Positions 18,453-28,014 of a stretch of 64,000 bases of DNA are shown here, piece after piece. A program made the translations under genes and the position numbers. The DNA comes from a virus: the IMG/VR virus record IMGVR_UViG_3300042464_001105, positions 24,178 through 88,177 of that record. One strand, written 5' to 3'. Numbering within the stretch: position 1 is the stretch's first letter; every line of letters begins with the position of its first letter. The notes under the pieces are model-generated. The model ran no database searches and had not been told where the DNA came from. It was given only the letters and a program-made list of their open reading frames with translations.

Positions 18453-19376
18453 ATGCCAGAACTACGATCCGCTTTGCCATACGTCTCTCACTTGCGAGTT
18501 ACCAAACGACCTACTCGTGATTGGGTTCCAAGTGGATATCAAAACAGAGAAGGGCAAGATCTGTACCAGCAAGTAACTGATTTGCCAGGGATTGAGTGCG
18601 AAATCACTCCGTACGTGGGATCGGTGAAAGGTCCAGCAAGCCAATTCAAGTTCCCGAGCAAAGCATTCTTCGAGAAGGCTCTTGCTGATTTGGATGCGAA
18701 ACCAACGAAGACTGAGCAAGACACCCTGGCAATCACGAATATCGAAGCCACGATTGCTAGAACCGATATCGTGTGGGCGGAAACAATCTTGCTGGCTGGT
18801 TCGTTACCAACTCTTGACTCTCTTTGGGAAGGTGTCTTCTCGGATGCACTCGATGAGTTCCCAACCTGGAAGGAACCGGAAACAGCCGTTGGCGGTATTC
18901 CGTTGTTCGTGAAGGAGATGCAATGGGATGCTCGAATGCCGTTCGAATCCTCCAAATCGATCTTGCTCAAAGTGGGTCTCTACGACAACGACCAAGAGCA
19001 CGGTAATCCCCAACTATACACGCTCAATTTCGAAGACTCCACAACCAAAGCGCAACGGGAATCCTACACTACCCAAATCCAACGACGTATCGACCAACTA
19101 TCGGACGAGATTGAAGCGATCAAGGAGGAGCAAAGTACCGCCAGGATTCAAAAAGTACAAGAACTCGGTCGATTCCAATTAGAAAAGTCTCAGCGAGATG
19201 CAATTGAAAACGGATTGATGACCGACTTGCTTGCGAATGTTTCTGTTCAGCAATCGCTACCAGCTCTATTGCTATCGATCATCGGCACCCTAAAGGCCCA
19301 ACACTGGCCCGACTTGGACATGAAGGTCGTACAGGAACGTTTGCTCCTTTCGCTGGCGGACATCGCCACCGCTTAG
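18453..19376 (+). CDS. Hypothetical phage protein with coiled coil (possible fibre chaperone)
   Basis: AGGA SD; long ORF following the fibre gene. Confidence 0.7.
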   Translation: MPELRSALPYVSHLRVTKRPTRDWVPSGYQNREGQDLYQQVTDLPGIECEITPYVGSVKGPASQFKFPSKAFFEKALADLDAKPTKTEQDTLAITNIEATIARTDIVWAETILLAGSLPTLDSLWEGVFSDALDEFPTWKEPETAVGGIPLFVKEMQWDARMPFESSKSILLKVGLYDNDQEHGNPQLYTLNFEDSTTKAQRESYTTQIQRRIDQLSDEIEAIKEEQSTARIQKVQELGRFQLEKSQRDAIENGLMTDLLANVSVQQSLPALLLSIIGTLKAQHWPDLDMKVVQERLLLSLADIATA

Positions 19377-19441
19377 GTGCATTCTTTTGACACTATGGAT
19401 TGTTGTTTGTTTACCCGTTCTATATGGAAAGAGAGCCCAAA

Positions 19442-19927
19442 ATGGCTAACGAAAAAGTGTTTGAAACAGGCATGGATGAGAGCTTTAAGCAAGCGTCGAC
19501 CGCTCAGGTTGGGTACACGGCCGAGAACGAAAGGCTCTTGTATGCCAATTTAAAGCGTACCTACGACGAGTATCAACAGGAGTCTCTCGAGTCGATCAAG
19601 CGGAATCGATCCATCGTTGACAAATTGCTCAGCGATGCACAGCAATATGACAACCAGCGGCAAGCAATCGCAAACCAGTCTCTTCAGAATGCTGTTGAAA
19701 CTGCGAACATGGTTGCCAAGAATGCGATTGTGAATATCGACGCGCTCCAAAAGCAGCACACTTCCCACCGGGACGTCGCAACTGACAACCTCTGGAATCC
19801 AGTGCAGCAAGGGGCTGGGGATGCGGTCACCATGCGCTCGGTAACCCTCGATGATGTATCGCTCAAGTCGCTCGGGGCATCCATTGCGGCGGCTGTGGCA
19901 GCTGCGATCAATCCTCCCAAGGCTTAG
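19442..19927 (+). CDS. Hypothetical helical phage protein
   Basis: Q/N/A-rich ORF within the operon. Confidence 0.7.
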   Translation: MANEKVFETGMDESFKQASTAQVGYTAENERLLYANLKRTYDEYQQESLESIKRNRSIVDKLLSDAQQYDNQRQAIANQSLQNAVETANMVAKNAIVNIDALQKQHTSHRDVATDNLWNPVQQGAGDAVTMRSVTLDDVSLKSLGASIAAAVAAAINPPKA

Positions 19928-19960
19928 ATCTCACTTTGTGAGCATTCGTAGGTAGAGATT

Positions 19961-20776
19961 ATGATTCCAGTCAGCACAACACGCCCCCCCGGTTTAACGC
20001 TCTATGCGTTTCCAGAGGGGTTTTCGTTAGCTGACTGGACGTCCTATCGCGTGTTACTCAGCGAACTACCTGCTCCAAATTCAGGTTATTATACCGCCGA
20101 TATTGACGAATCCCTTGCCTCCCTGTGGAGATTGTTCGAGGGAGCGGCTCAGCCCGTTTCCTGGGGAGAGGCGATAGAGTACTTTCCCCTCAATACAAGC
20201 AATGGTGGCTCGGGGGCTTATATCGTCACGGTGGAAGTCACTTCGGACAGTCTGCCTGTTCGTGGAGCCATTGTGACGATCGAGCAGGATGGGCTCACCG
20301 TTCTGCATGTTGTTACCAAGTCGCTGGGAGTGGCAGCAGTAGCGCTAGATCCAGGTGACTACACAGTGACGATTGTGGCGACCGGATTCACATCCATTGT
20401 GGATTCGCCGTTTACGGTTGCTGAGGACATGACTCTTGCCCGGAGCCTGACCTTGGCACCGTTGGATCCGCCAACAGCCGCCGATACGTGCCGTGTGAGT
20501 TTGCAAGCAACACGCGGTGCAACTGGCGAAAGAGTCCGAGTTGTCATCACCACCAGTTCTGTGGGGCGGGACCAAGACCTCGCGTTTCTCAATACAGCTT
20601 TCGACGGCGAGACCGACGACAATGGCATCCTGTTGGTAGACCTGCCATGGTCGAGCAGCGCTGGGGTGGGCGCTTATCGATTCAGGCTGATCGATCTAGT
20701 ATCCGGCAAAATCCTGCATGATCGAACGTGCACGGTTCCCGACGAGGAGAACGCTATCTATGAGGACCTCGTATGA
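19961..20776 (+). CDS. Hypothetical virion protein with a carboxypeptidase-regulatory-like beta domain
   Basis: PVRGAIVTI...LDPGDYTVTIVATGF; acidic; ATGA-coupled to the next gene. Confidence 0.65.
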   Translation: MIPVSTTRPPGLTLYAFPEGFSLADWTSYRVLLSELPAPNSGYYTADIDESLASLWRLFEGAAQPVSWGEAIEYFPLNTSNGGSGAYIVTVEVTSDSLPVRGAIVTIEQDGLTVLHVVTKSLGVAAVALDPGDYTVTIVATGFTSIVDSPFTVAEDMTLARSLTLAPLDPPTAADTCRVSLQATRGATGERVRVVITTSSVGRDQDLAFLNTAFDGETDDNGILLVDLPWSSSAGVGAYRFRLIDLVSGKILHDRTCTVPDEENAIYEDLV

Positions 20777-21213
20777 CCGTCCCATTGATACTCCAGCTTT
20801 GTGACAAGATCGTAACGCTGCTCAACAACGGTTCGAGGAGCGGCACCTATGGCATGCGTTTCGAGGCCGTACGCTACTTTCAGCCACGATTCACACTGCC
20901 GGAACTGGAGGAAGGAGTAAAAGTCTGCGTCGTGCCAGCGGAAGTCGAACGGAGCAACTTGAGCCGATCGGTCAATCAACAGAATTCGACCATCCAAATC
21001 GGGGTACTTTCTAGGGTAGTTTCGACCTTGGCTGGGATCGATCCGTTTGTGGCGTTGGTTGATTCGATGGCTTTAAACCTTGACGGTGCGCAGCTGGACA
21101 ACGTTTCCACAGTCGTCGAAGCCAAGATTGCTCCGATCTTTGACCAGCAATTGCTACGAGATAACAAGCAATTCACATCGATCCTCTCGATCATCGTGAG
21201 GTCATTTCTATGA
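20773..21213 (+). CDS. Putative tail terminator/completion protein
   Basis: Size and position upstream of the tail tube gene. Confidence 0.6.
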   Translation: MTVPLILQLCDKIVTLLNNGSRSGTYGMRFEAVRYFQPRFTLPELEEGVKVCVVPAEVERSNLSRSVNQQNSTIQIGVLSRVVSTLAGIDPFVALVDSMALNLDGAQLDNVSTVVEAKIAPIFDQQLLRDNKQFTSILSIIVRSFL

Positions 21214-21833
21214 TCACCATGAAACCAGCCAAGGCGAAGGATTTCTTCTTCGACCGAGTCCTTGTCACGCAATACATGGATCGAAAGACAGCCTCGGCTC
21301 TTGCCAAAGGGGGCGGACTCATTCGCCGCATCGCACAAAACAGCATGCGATCTCGAAAGAAGGCATCCGCACCTGGCACGCCTCCCTCTAGGCACAGGCC
21401 ACGCGGTCAGGGTCTTACCTACATCCTGTATGTCTTCGATCCTCGAACCAAGTCGGTTGTCATCGGTCCAGTTCTATTCACAAAAACGGTGAATGCAGAC
21501 GGAACAACGGCGCCGGAAGCCAACGAATTCGGGGGACGCGTCAAACGTCGAGCCGAGAGAGCACAAGGGCACGTGTTTTCCATTGGGGAACGTGGTCCGA
21601 TTCGGGAGATAAGCCAACCTTCCCCCAGATCGAAGCGCTTCGCAAGACCGATTCTGGTCTCTGCCAAGCAGGTCGAACGGGCACAACGGATCCACGATGA
21701 GTATGTGTTGTTCCGGATCGCGGCCACGGGCGGCGTTGCCAATTATCCCAAGCGAGCTTTTATGGGACCAGCTCTCGAAGTAGCCAAGCCGAAATTGCCC
21801 GAACTGTGGGCATCCGCGGTCCAGTCACACTAA
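21210..21833 (+). CDS. Basic tail-completion/neck protein (HK97 gp10-like position)
   Basis: KASAPGTPP, EFGG, YPKRAFMGPAL. Confidence 0.7.
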   Translation: MITMKPAKAKDFFFDRVLVTQYMDRKTASALAKGGGLIRRIAQNSMRSRKKASAPGTPPSRHRPRGQGLTYILYVFDPRTKSVVIGPVLFTKTVNADGTTAPEANEFGGRVKRRAERAQGHVFSIGERGPIREISQPSPRSKRFARPILVSAKQVERAQRIHDEYVLFRIAATGGVANYPKRAFMGPALEVAKPKLPELWASAVQSH

Positions 21834-21869
21834 AACCGGTCGACAAAAAAAGGAGTTTATAAAGAGATC

Positions 21870-22328
21870 ATGGTAAGACTCGGACTCAAAGCCAAGCTCT
21901 ATCGCAATACGGGCTCCTATGGATCCCCCGTGTGGAATGAGGTCAAGAATGTCAAAGACCTAACGCTCACAATCGAAAAGGGTGAAGCGGATGTGAGTAC
22001 TCGAGGCAACGATGGCTGGCGAGCGCTCATCGGTACACTCAAATCCGCTTCGATCGAGTTTCAAATGGTTTGGGACACGGCCGATGATGATCACACTGCC
22101 TTTCACACCGCTTTCTTCGCCGATAGTCCCGTCGAGTTCGCAATCATGGATGGAAAAATGGTCGCTGATTCGGGCGGTGAAGCTAGCCAAGGACTACGCG
22201 CCACTTGCAGCATCTTCAATTTCAGCCGAAACGAAGAGCTTGAAAACGCCATCATGACCGACGTTTCCATCAAACCCACCTATGCCATCAATGCTCCCTC
22301 TTGGATCACCGGAACGGTAGGACTCTAA
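21870..22328 (+). CDS. Tail tube (major tail) protein
   Basis: AGGAG SD; VKDLTL...ADVSTR...GW...GTLKSASIEF; precedes chaperone and tape measure. Confidence 0.8.
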   Translation: MVRLGLKAKLYRNTGSYGSPVWNEVKNVKDLTLTIEKGEADVSTRGNDGWRALIGTLKSASIEFQMVWDTADDDHTAFHTAFFADSPVEFAIMDGKMVADSGGEASQGLRATCSIFNFSRNEELENAIMTDVSIKPTYAINAPSWITGTVGL

Positions 22329-22332
22329 CATC

Positions 22333-22782
22333 ATGCCAAATTTTACGGATGCATTGGGCCGAACGTGGCCATTGAGCGTATCCTACGCCACCTGCAAAAA
22401 GATTCAATCGCAATGCGATATCAACCTACTCGATGTCGCGCAGATCGATCAAACGATTGGTCGTATGCGTCTCGACAATCTTCTGGTGGGGGACATTGTC
22501 CTCTGTTTATGCAGTGCCGAATGTACCGCTCGCGGAATTAGCCTCGACAACTTTCAGGACGCTCTCGATGGTGAGGCGCTCGACAGTGCGAGCAGTGCGT
22601 TGCTGGAGGGACTTGCGTATTTTTTCCGGAGAGGTCAGAAGGGAAAGCTTCTGACCGAAATGATCAGCAAGCTAAAGCAGATGGAGCTGACCGCAACCAA
22701 TCAGGCTCTGGCAGACATCGAGCGCGAGACGAATGGGAAGTCTGGCGATTCGGCTACGGTCTTGCAGGAATCCTCCACGTAG
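22333..22782 (+). CDS. Tail assembly chaperone (G-like)
   Basis: Between tube and tape measure; LAYFF motif; in-frame slippery heptamers. Confidence 0.75.
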   Translation: MPNFTDALGRTWPLSVSYATCKKIQSQCDINLLDVAQIDQTIGRMRLDNLLVGDIVLCLCSAECTARGISLDNFQDALDGEALDSASSALLEGLAYFFRRGQKGKLLTEMISKLKQMELTATNQALADIERETNGKSGDSATVLQESST

Positions 22783-23030
22783 ATCCCGGCCCTTTCACAT
22801 TGCGTGAATTGGTTTGGATGGTCGAGGAACAGCAAGATAACTGGTGGGACCATACGGCATCCATCCTGGCGATCATTGCCGAGGTCAATCGGGACAAGAA
22901 GAAGAATCCAACCCCCTTCACGGCATCAAAATTTCATCCTCGGAAAGCGAAATTAAAGCAACAAACAATTGAGCAAGTCGATTTAAGAATACTCAAGTCG
23001 ATTTTTGTGGAGAGGAGGCCACTGCAGTAA
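22641..23030 (+). CDS. Tail chaperone T-like segment, probably expressed by -1 frameshift
   Basis: The -1 frame is open from G GGA AAG (22641-22647) to TAA 23030 and encodes LAGILHVDPGPFTLRELVWM...WDHTASILA. Confidence 0.6.
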   Translation, partial: GKASDRNDQQAKADGADRNQSGSGRHRARDEWEVWRFGYGLAGILHVDPGPFTLRELVWMVEEQQDNWWDHTASILAIIAEVNRDKKKNPTPFTASKFHPRKAKLKQQTIEQVDLRILKSIFVERRPLQ

Positions 23031-23032
23031 TC

Positions 23033-25111
23033 ATGTCCGCAACCAATGTGAGAGCAGGACGAGCGTACGTTGAGATCGCTGCTGATTCGTCACGGTTGGG
23101 TCGCGATCTGCGCGCGGCTCAAACTCAGATACGCGGCTTTGGGGATTCGGTTCGAAACATTGGATTGCAACTGGGAACGTTGTTTTCGGGCGCAGCGCTT
23201 AGCGGTGGGATTTTGAATTCGGCCAGGTCGTTCGCAGATGCTGGATCGGCACTGGACGATCTTTCACAGCGTTCGGGCGCATCGGTAGAATCGCTGGGGG
23301 CATTGTCGTTGGCTGCCAAGCTGTCCGATACCAGCATGGAGACCTTAGGGAAAGCATTTGCAAAGATGCAACTCCTTATAGTGAAGGCGTCCAAGGGGAA
23401 TGATGAGGCTGTTGATGCGATCCAGTCCCTTGGTCTCAATCTGCGAAGTCTCGCGCGCATGTCACCCGACAAGCAATTTGAAGCCTTTGCAGGTGCCATT
23501 GCGAAACTCCAAGATCCGGCGTTGCGGGCCAACGCTGCCGTTTCCGTGTTTAGCAAAAGTGGTCTTGAGTTACTTCCTATGCTCATGGAGGGAAAGGATG
23601 GCTTGAGGGATTTGGCCAAAGAGGCTCGCGACCTTGGATTGGTGATGTCAGGGAAGGATGCGGCATCGGCTGCCGTGTTCGGCGACACACTTGATAAACT
23701 ACGCATGTCCCTGACAGCCGTTTATAACAAAATCGGTGCGGCGCTGGCTCCCATGCTCAATCGTATCACCAGCATTTTTGTTAGTGTGTCCGCGGCCGTT
23801 ACCAAATGGCTCGACAAGAATCGTGGGATCATCGCTTTGGTAGCACCCATTGTGGCTGCTCTTGGTTCGGCCGGGGCTTCGGCCATTGGTTTGGGGTTAG
23901 CATTCAAGATTGCAGCGATTGCGGTAGGACCAGCGTTACTTGCGGCCCTTATCGCTGTGAAGACCGCGATTGTAACTGTCGCAGGTGTGCTGGCTGCAGT
24001 TGCGATTCCGGCGTTAGCGGTGGCTGCTGCAATCGGCGGACTGACGGCTACGATATACGCATTGGGGATAACTTGGACCGATGTGGCGACAACGATTGCC
24101 AACGTGTGGTCGAGTGCCATGTCCTTCATTGGCAATTCTCTCAGCCCTGTGGGAACTTTTATTGCCAACTGGGTTAGTAAAATAGTCAATGGCTTCGCAT
24201 GGATGTATGACGGCGCTACCCAGTATTTCGGTGCCATTGGCAAAGCGCTCGCCGATGGCAACCTCGAGGGCGCTGGCCAAGTCGCCATGACCGGACTCAC
24301 ACGTGCCTTCCGTGGAGGATTCAACGTACTCTACGGCTACTACCTCGCCTTCATCGAGGGTTGGAAGTCCTCGTGGGATATGTGGACAACAGGTCTTGCG
24401 GATGGTTTTGTGGTCGCCTGGACAAGTATCGAATCGACTTTCACAGACACCATTTCGTACCTTGGTCAAATGTGGACTCTGTTTACTACCGGTTTAACGA
24501 TCGCTTGGAATTCTTCTATCGGGTTCATCCAAAAAGCTTGGATCCGGCTCAAGGCGATGTTTGATAAGGATATCAATGTTACGGCCGAGACCAATGCTAT
24601 CGAACAGCGAACATTGGATGCGAATGGGAATGCCTTTGCGAGTGGTGAGTCTGCCATCGTAGCTCGTGAGAAACAACGACGAGACCGTCAGTCGCAGATC
24701 CAAGTGGAGCGCGCGACCATGATCGGCACTCTAGAATCGGACCGCCAGCGAAGACAAACCGATCATGCTAAAGCGACCGACAGCCTCATGGGCCAAGCGA
24801 ACGCGGAGTTCGACACTGCCAAGCAGAGGTACGAAGCGTCTATCAAGGCAGTTCAGGAATTCAGACCAGATTTCAAAGCACGCAAGAACAAGTTCGGTTT
24901 CGATCCCGAAAGTCTTTTAACCGATACATACAGTCCAGAAAAGAGCCTCACGGAAGCGAGAACGCGCATCGAATCGAAAGGGACATTTAGCGCCTTTGGT
25001 GCACGTGGACTGCAATCCGACTCGGTAGAAAAATCATCGGCTGAGACGGCCAAGAATACAGCCGCCATGTTGCAGTGGATGAAACAAAACCCCGGAGTCC
25101 GATTCATATGA
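23033..25111 (+). CDS. Tape measure protein
   Basis: AGRAYVEI N-terminus, Ala/Gly-rich helices, periodic Trp, central hydrophobic segment. Confidence 0.88.
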   Translation: MSATNVRAGRAYVEIAADSSRLGRDLRAAQTQIRGFGDSVRNIGLQLGTLFSGAALSGGILNSARSFADAGSALDDLSQRSGASVESLGALSLAAKLSDTSMETLGKAFAKMQLLIVKASKGNDEAVDAIQSLGLNLRSLARMSPDKQFEAFAGAIAKLQDPALRANAAVSVFSKSGLELLPMLMEGKDGLRDLAKEARDLGLVMSGKDAASAAVFGDTLDKLRMSLTAVYNKIGAALAPMLNRITSIFVSVSAAVTKWLDKNRGIIALVAPIVAALGSAGASAIGLGLAFKIAAIAVGPALLAALIAVKTAIVTVAGVLAAVAIPALAVAAAIGGLTATIYALGITWTDVATTIANVWSSAMSFIGNSLSPVGTFIANWVSKIVNGFAWMYDGATQYFGAIGKALADGNLEGAGQVAMTGLTRAFRGGFNVLYGYYLAFIEGWKSSWDMWTTGLADGFVVAWTSIESTFTDTISYLGQMWTLFTTGLTIAWNSSIGFIQKAWIRLKAMFDKDINVTAETNAIEQRTLDANGNAFASGESAIVAREKQRRDRQSQIQVERATMIGTLESDRQRRQTDHAKATDSLMGQANAEFDTAKQRYEASIKAVQEFRPDFKARKNKFGFDPESLLTDTYSPEKSLTEARTRIESKGTFSAFGARGLQSDSVEKSSAETAKNTAAMLQWMKQNPGVRFI

Positions 25112-25935
25112 CGATTCCCAAAGAGTCACCTCTATGGCCAGGATTGTCGGGACCCGGTGACGACGAGATAGTCTGTGTCGAGCGCTTCGACTCACGGCCT
25201 GTGAATAACAGCCGGGACCCATCGATAACGCTCCACTTCAGCCTGTGGCGAAGCGACGATGAATCGAGAATTGCCGGTAAGCTTGAGGATACTGCGCCAG
25301 CTTTGTTCGACGGCCTGGATGCGGACAGTTACACTCTCGATCCACAGGGTGGCGGTGTGTGGCTGGCACATGTGAATTACAAAATTCGCAATCAATCGGC
25401 CGAATCCTTCGACACGACGGGCGGGACAGTGCATGTCACACAGAGTTTTGGGACCAATCGCTTTGGAACGTTGGCTCCTGATTTCCAAGGGGCAATTGGA
25501 GTTAGCGATGACAGGGTTGATGGTGTGGATATTACGATCCCTGCTTACAAATTCTCGGAAACTCACTTCATTCCGAGAATCTTTGTTAACGCATCGTACA
25601 GAAACACGCTCTTTCAAATGACTGGAAAGGTCAACAACGCAACGTTTAAGAGTTTTGCTGCGGGGGAGGTGCTGTTCCTTGGCTCCACGGGGCAGCGCCG
25701 TGGGCGCGAGGATTTTGAAATCAATTACAACTTCGCTGCCAGTCCGAACATTGCGTCGATTGTGTTTACGCCGAGCATCACCGTGCTCAACAAACAGGGT
25801 TGGGATTACATGTGGTTGTACTACGATGACCAAGTCGATTCTGTCGCGCATCGTATCGTTCGTCGACCTCGAGGCGCTTACGTGGAAAGAGTCTACGAAC
25901 GAGCTGACTTTAGCTTGTTGGGGTTGGGTGCATAA
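25108..25935 (+). CDS. Tail-tip region protein
   Basis: ATGA-coupled to tape measure; GKVN...F..GEVLFLG, KQGWDYMW. Confidence 0.7.
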   Translation: MTIPKESPLWPGLSGPGDDEIVCVERFDSRPVNNSRDPSITLHFSLWRSDDESRIAGKLEDTAPALFDGLDADSYTLDPQGGGVWLAHVNYKIRNQSAESFDTTGGTVHVTQSFGTNRFGTLAPDFQGAIGVSDDRVDGVDITIPAYKFSETHFIPRIFVNASYRNTLFQMTGKVNNATFKSFAAGEVLFLGSTGQRRGREDFEINYNFAASPNIASIVFTPSITVLNKQGWDYMWLYYDDQVDSVAHRIVRRPRGAYVERVYERADFSLLGLGA

Positions 25936-26813
25936 TGCCACAGCGCGGAGATCCACTTGCAATTAGCGCCCGCGACTGGACGGACATGCAACGCGTGGTC
26001 GACAAGTTTCGCAACGGGGGCGTATTGTTTCAAGCGGAGGCAATGCAAAGCACCTATCGTAGCCCCGCAATTGTGAAGGTGCTTAACGCTACAGCAGGTC
26101 CGCTCGAGCACTGTGGAATCGTAGGTCTCGGGGAACCCGTGATTCTACCAACCGACAACGAAATGGAATTCGTTCGAAACATCGCGTTTCGGATCGTACC
26201 GCCATTGCCTGGTTGCTGGGGTGTCCTACAGTCGCCGGTTGCGGCCGGTGAGATTACAACCGCCATCGTTGCGGGAGTTGCAGCCTGCAAAATCAACGTC
26301 GCTGCTGAGATAGACCTGAATCGATTCGCGGATGCGGTTGATCCCGATTTCACAGAGCTGAGGGTAAGTGATTCGACTGGTAACGCTCAAATCCTATGGC
26401 GTGCAGGGGGCACTGGGAGCCAATGGGCGATCGTCCGGATTGGCAACACAGCATGTGGTGAGAGGCTCGAGAAATTCGTCATGCTGAGTGATTGGTCAGA
26501 CGATGGTCTTGCGGTTGCTCGTTTTACGTTAATGGAAGCGGCAGCATCGGACATGGTAGGGATTGTGGAAGATCCGTTAGGGATATTCGCGGACCAAATC
26601 GGACTTGGAAACTCTGGACTCGCCACAAGAACGTGTAGCGGACGACATTTTGTGATTCAAGCCGCATGTGAACAAAACGAAGTTGCTCCAAGTGCTCCGC
26701 TTGGAAGCTGCGCCTACAGCGATCCGACAGGCAATCCTGCATGTTCAATGACGACGGAAGCAGATTGCGCGGCAATTCCTGGCGTATGGACTTTGGGAGG
26801 AACGTGTTCATGA
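25935..26813 (+). CDS. Tail-associated hypothetical protein with Cys-rich C-terminus
   Basis: TAATG overlap; GSCAY...C...EADC...GVW.LGGTC. Confidence 0.7.
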   Translation: MPQRGDPLAISARDWTDMQRVVDKFRNGGVLFQAEAMQSTYRSPAIVKVLNATAGPLEHCGIVGLGEPVILPTDNEMEFVRNIAFRIVPPLPGCWGVLQSPVAAGEITTAIVAGVAACKINVAAEIDLNRFADAVDPDFTELRVSDSTGNAQILWRAGGTGSQWAIVRIGNTACGERLEKFVMLSDWSDDGLAVARFTLMEAAASDMVGIVEDPLGIFADQIGLGNSGLATRTCSGRHFVIQAACEQNEVAPSAPLGSCAYSDPTGNPACSMTTEADCAAIPGVWTLGGTCS

Positions 26814-27616
26814 CCGGTCATCCTTGCTGCTGCGTTGAGACAAGTTCCTCTAGCTCATCGGTGTCTAGTTCATCATCCAGCTCGAATCCAAGTTCGTCAA
26901 GTAGCTCATCCACACCTAGCTCATCATCTAGCAATCCATCGTCGAGTAATCCGTCGTCAAGTAACCCATCATCGAGTAACCCATCATCGAGTAACTCATC
27001 ATCGAGTAACTCATCATCGAGTAACTCATCATCGAGTAATCCTTCCTCAAGCAGCCCATCATCCAGTAACCCTTCATCCAGCAACCCATCGTCTAGTAAT
27101 CCTTCGTCTAGTAATCCTTCGTCTAGTAACCCTTCATCGAGTAACACATCATCGAGTAACCCTTCATCCAGTAATCCTTCATCCAGCAACCCGTCATCTA
27201 GCAACCCTAGCTCTAGCAATCCATCGTCCAGTAATCCGTCCTCTAGCAATCCTTCGTCTAGTTCTAGTTCTAGTTCTAGTTCTAGTTGGTGCCCCAACCT
27301 GTATATTGCTGTATTCCAAGAAGCTCCTAGTGGGTTATGTTCAAACCCTACTCCTCCTGCCGTGCTAATAGCTACAGCTTATGGATGTTTCGAACGACAA
27401 GACCATTCTTTCTGGGCCATATGTGCAGACACCCCACCAAGTGATTGTTATTTCGGTAATACCGATTTCGCTAACTATATTTGGTATCAAAATAAGACAG
27501 CTAGAGAATTAGCAGACGATAAAGGTTTAACTGCCTGTTTTGAGTATGTGAATGGGTACTCAGATGCAAACCCGCACCCTGACTGTTGCCCCGATGGAGA
27601 AGGTCCACCACCATGA
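26810..27616 (+). CDS. Serine-rich repeat protein: CCC N-terminus, (SSSNP)n stalk, Cys-rich C-terminal domain
   Basis: ATGA overlaps at both ends; synonymous variation preserves the Ser/Asn/Pro reading. Confidence 0.75.
   Translation: MTGHPCCCVETSSSSSSVSSSSSSSNPSSSSSSSTPSSSSSNPSSSNPSSSNPSSSNPSSSNSSSSNSSSSNSSSSNPSSSSPSSSNPSSSNPSSSNPSSSNPSSSNPSSSNTSSSNPSSSNPSSSNPSSSNPSSSNPSSSNPSSSNPSSSSSSSSSSSWCPNLYIAVFQEAPSGLCSNPTPPAVLIATAYGCFERQDHSFWAICADTPPSDCYFGNTDFANYIWYQNKTARELADDKGLTACFEYVNGYSDANPHPDCCPDGEGPPP
26843..27286 (+). repeat. Degenerate 15-bp coding tandem repeat ending in (TCTAGT)x5
   Basis: tcatcgagtaaccc-type units with 15-nt period. Confidence 0.9.
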
Positions 27617-28014
27617 AAGTTAGAAAGAGCTTATTGGTAGAAGCAGCCAAGGATAGACCGCAGGGATACTTAGAAGATGTTTATTCTCATGTTGAATCAG
27701 AAGACATGGAGTTTGTCTACATCAGTAACGATAACTACATGCTTCTGAAAAACAAATACACTGTTGAGCATGGTTTGCCAGGCACGGAACTAAAGAAGCT
27801 GATTTCCTGGTTCTATTCTCCTGACAAGAAGAAGTGTAAATGCGCGACACGAATCAAGAAGATGAACGCATGGGGGCCAGATAAATGCGAACAGAGAATG
27901 GATACGATAGTTCGATGGCTGAAACACTCGGCAAGAATCCACAAGGTTCCCTTCTTCGAACCAGCAGTGAAGCTGCTCATCAAAAAAGCAATAAAGAACT
28001 CACGGTCGCAGTGA
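27613..28014 (+). CDS. Hypothetical protein (PGTELKKL...CKC...MNAWGPDKC)
   Basis: ATGA-coupled to the Ser-rich gene; Cys motif. Confidence 0.7.
   Translation: MKVRKSLLVEAAKDRPQGYLEDVYSHVESEDMEFVYISNDNYMLLKNKYTVEHGLPGTELKKLISWFYSPDKKKCKCATRIKKMNAWGPDKCEQRMDTIVRWLKHSARIHKVPFFEPAVKLLIKKAIKNSRSQ

Noticed and set aside
25192-25962. 256-aa minus-strand ORF
   Set aside because: Shadow of a single tail gene with no link to flanking starts or stops; it shows the background length of chance antisense frames.
26843-27286. CRISPR array
   Set aside because: Contiguous degenerate tandem units with no unique spacers and no cas genes.
26818-27368. Alternative-frame ORFs over the Ser repeat (LLDDG repeats on minus, HRV repeats on plus)
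   Set aside because: By-products of a 15-bp coding repeat; only the Ser frame has ATGA coupling at both ends.
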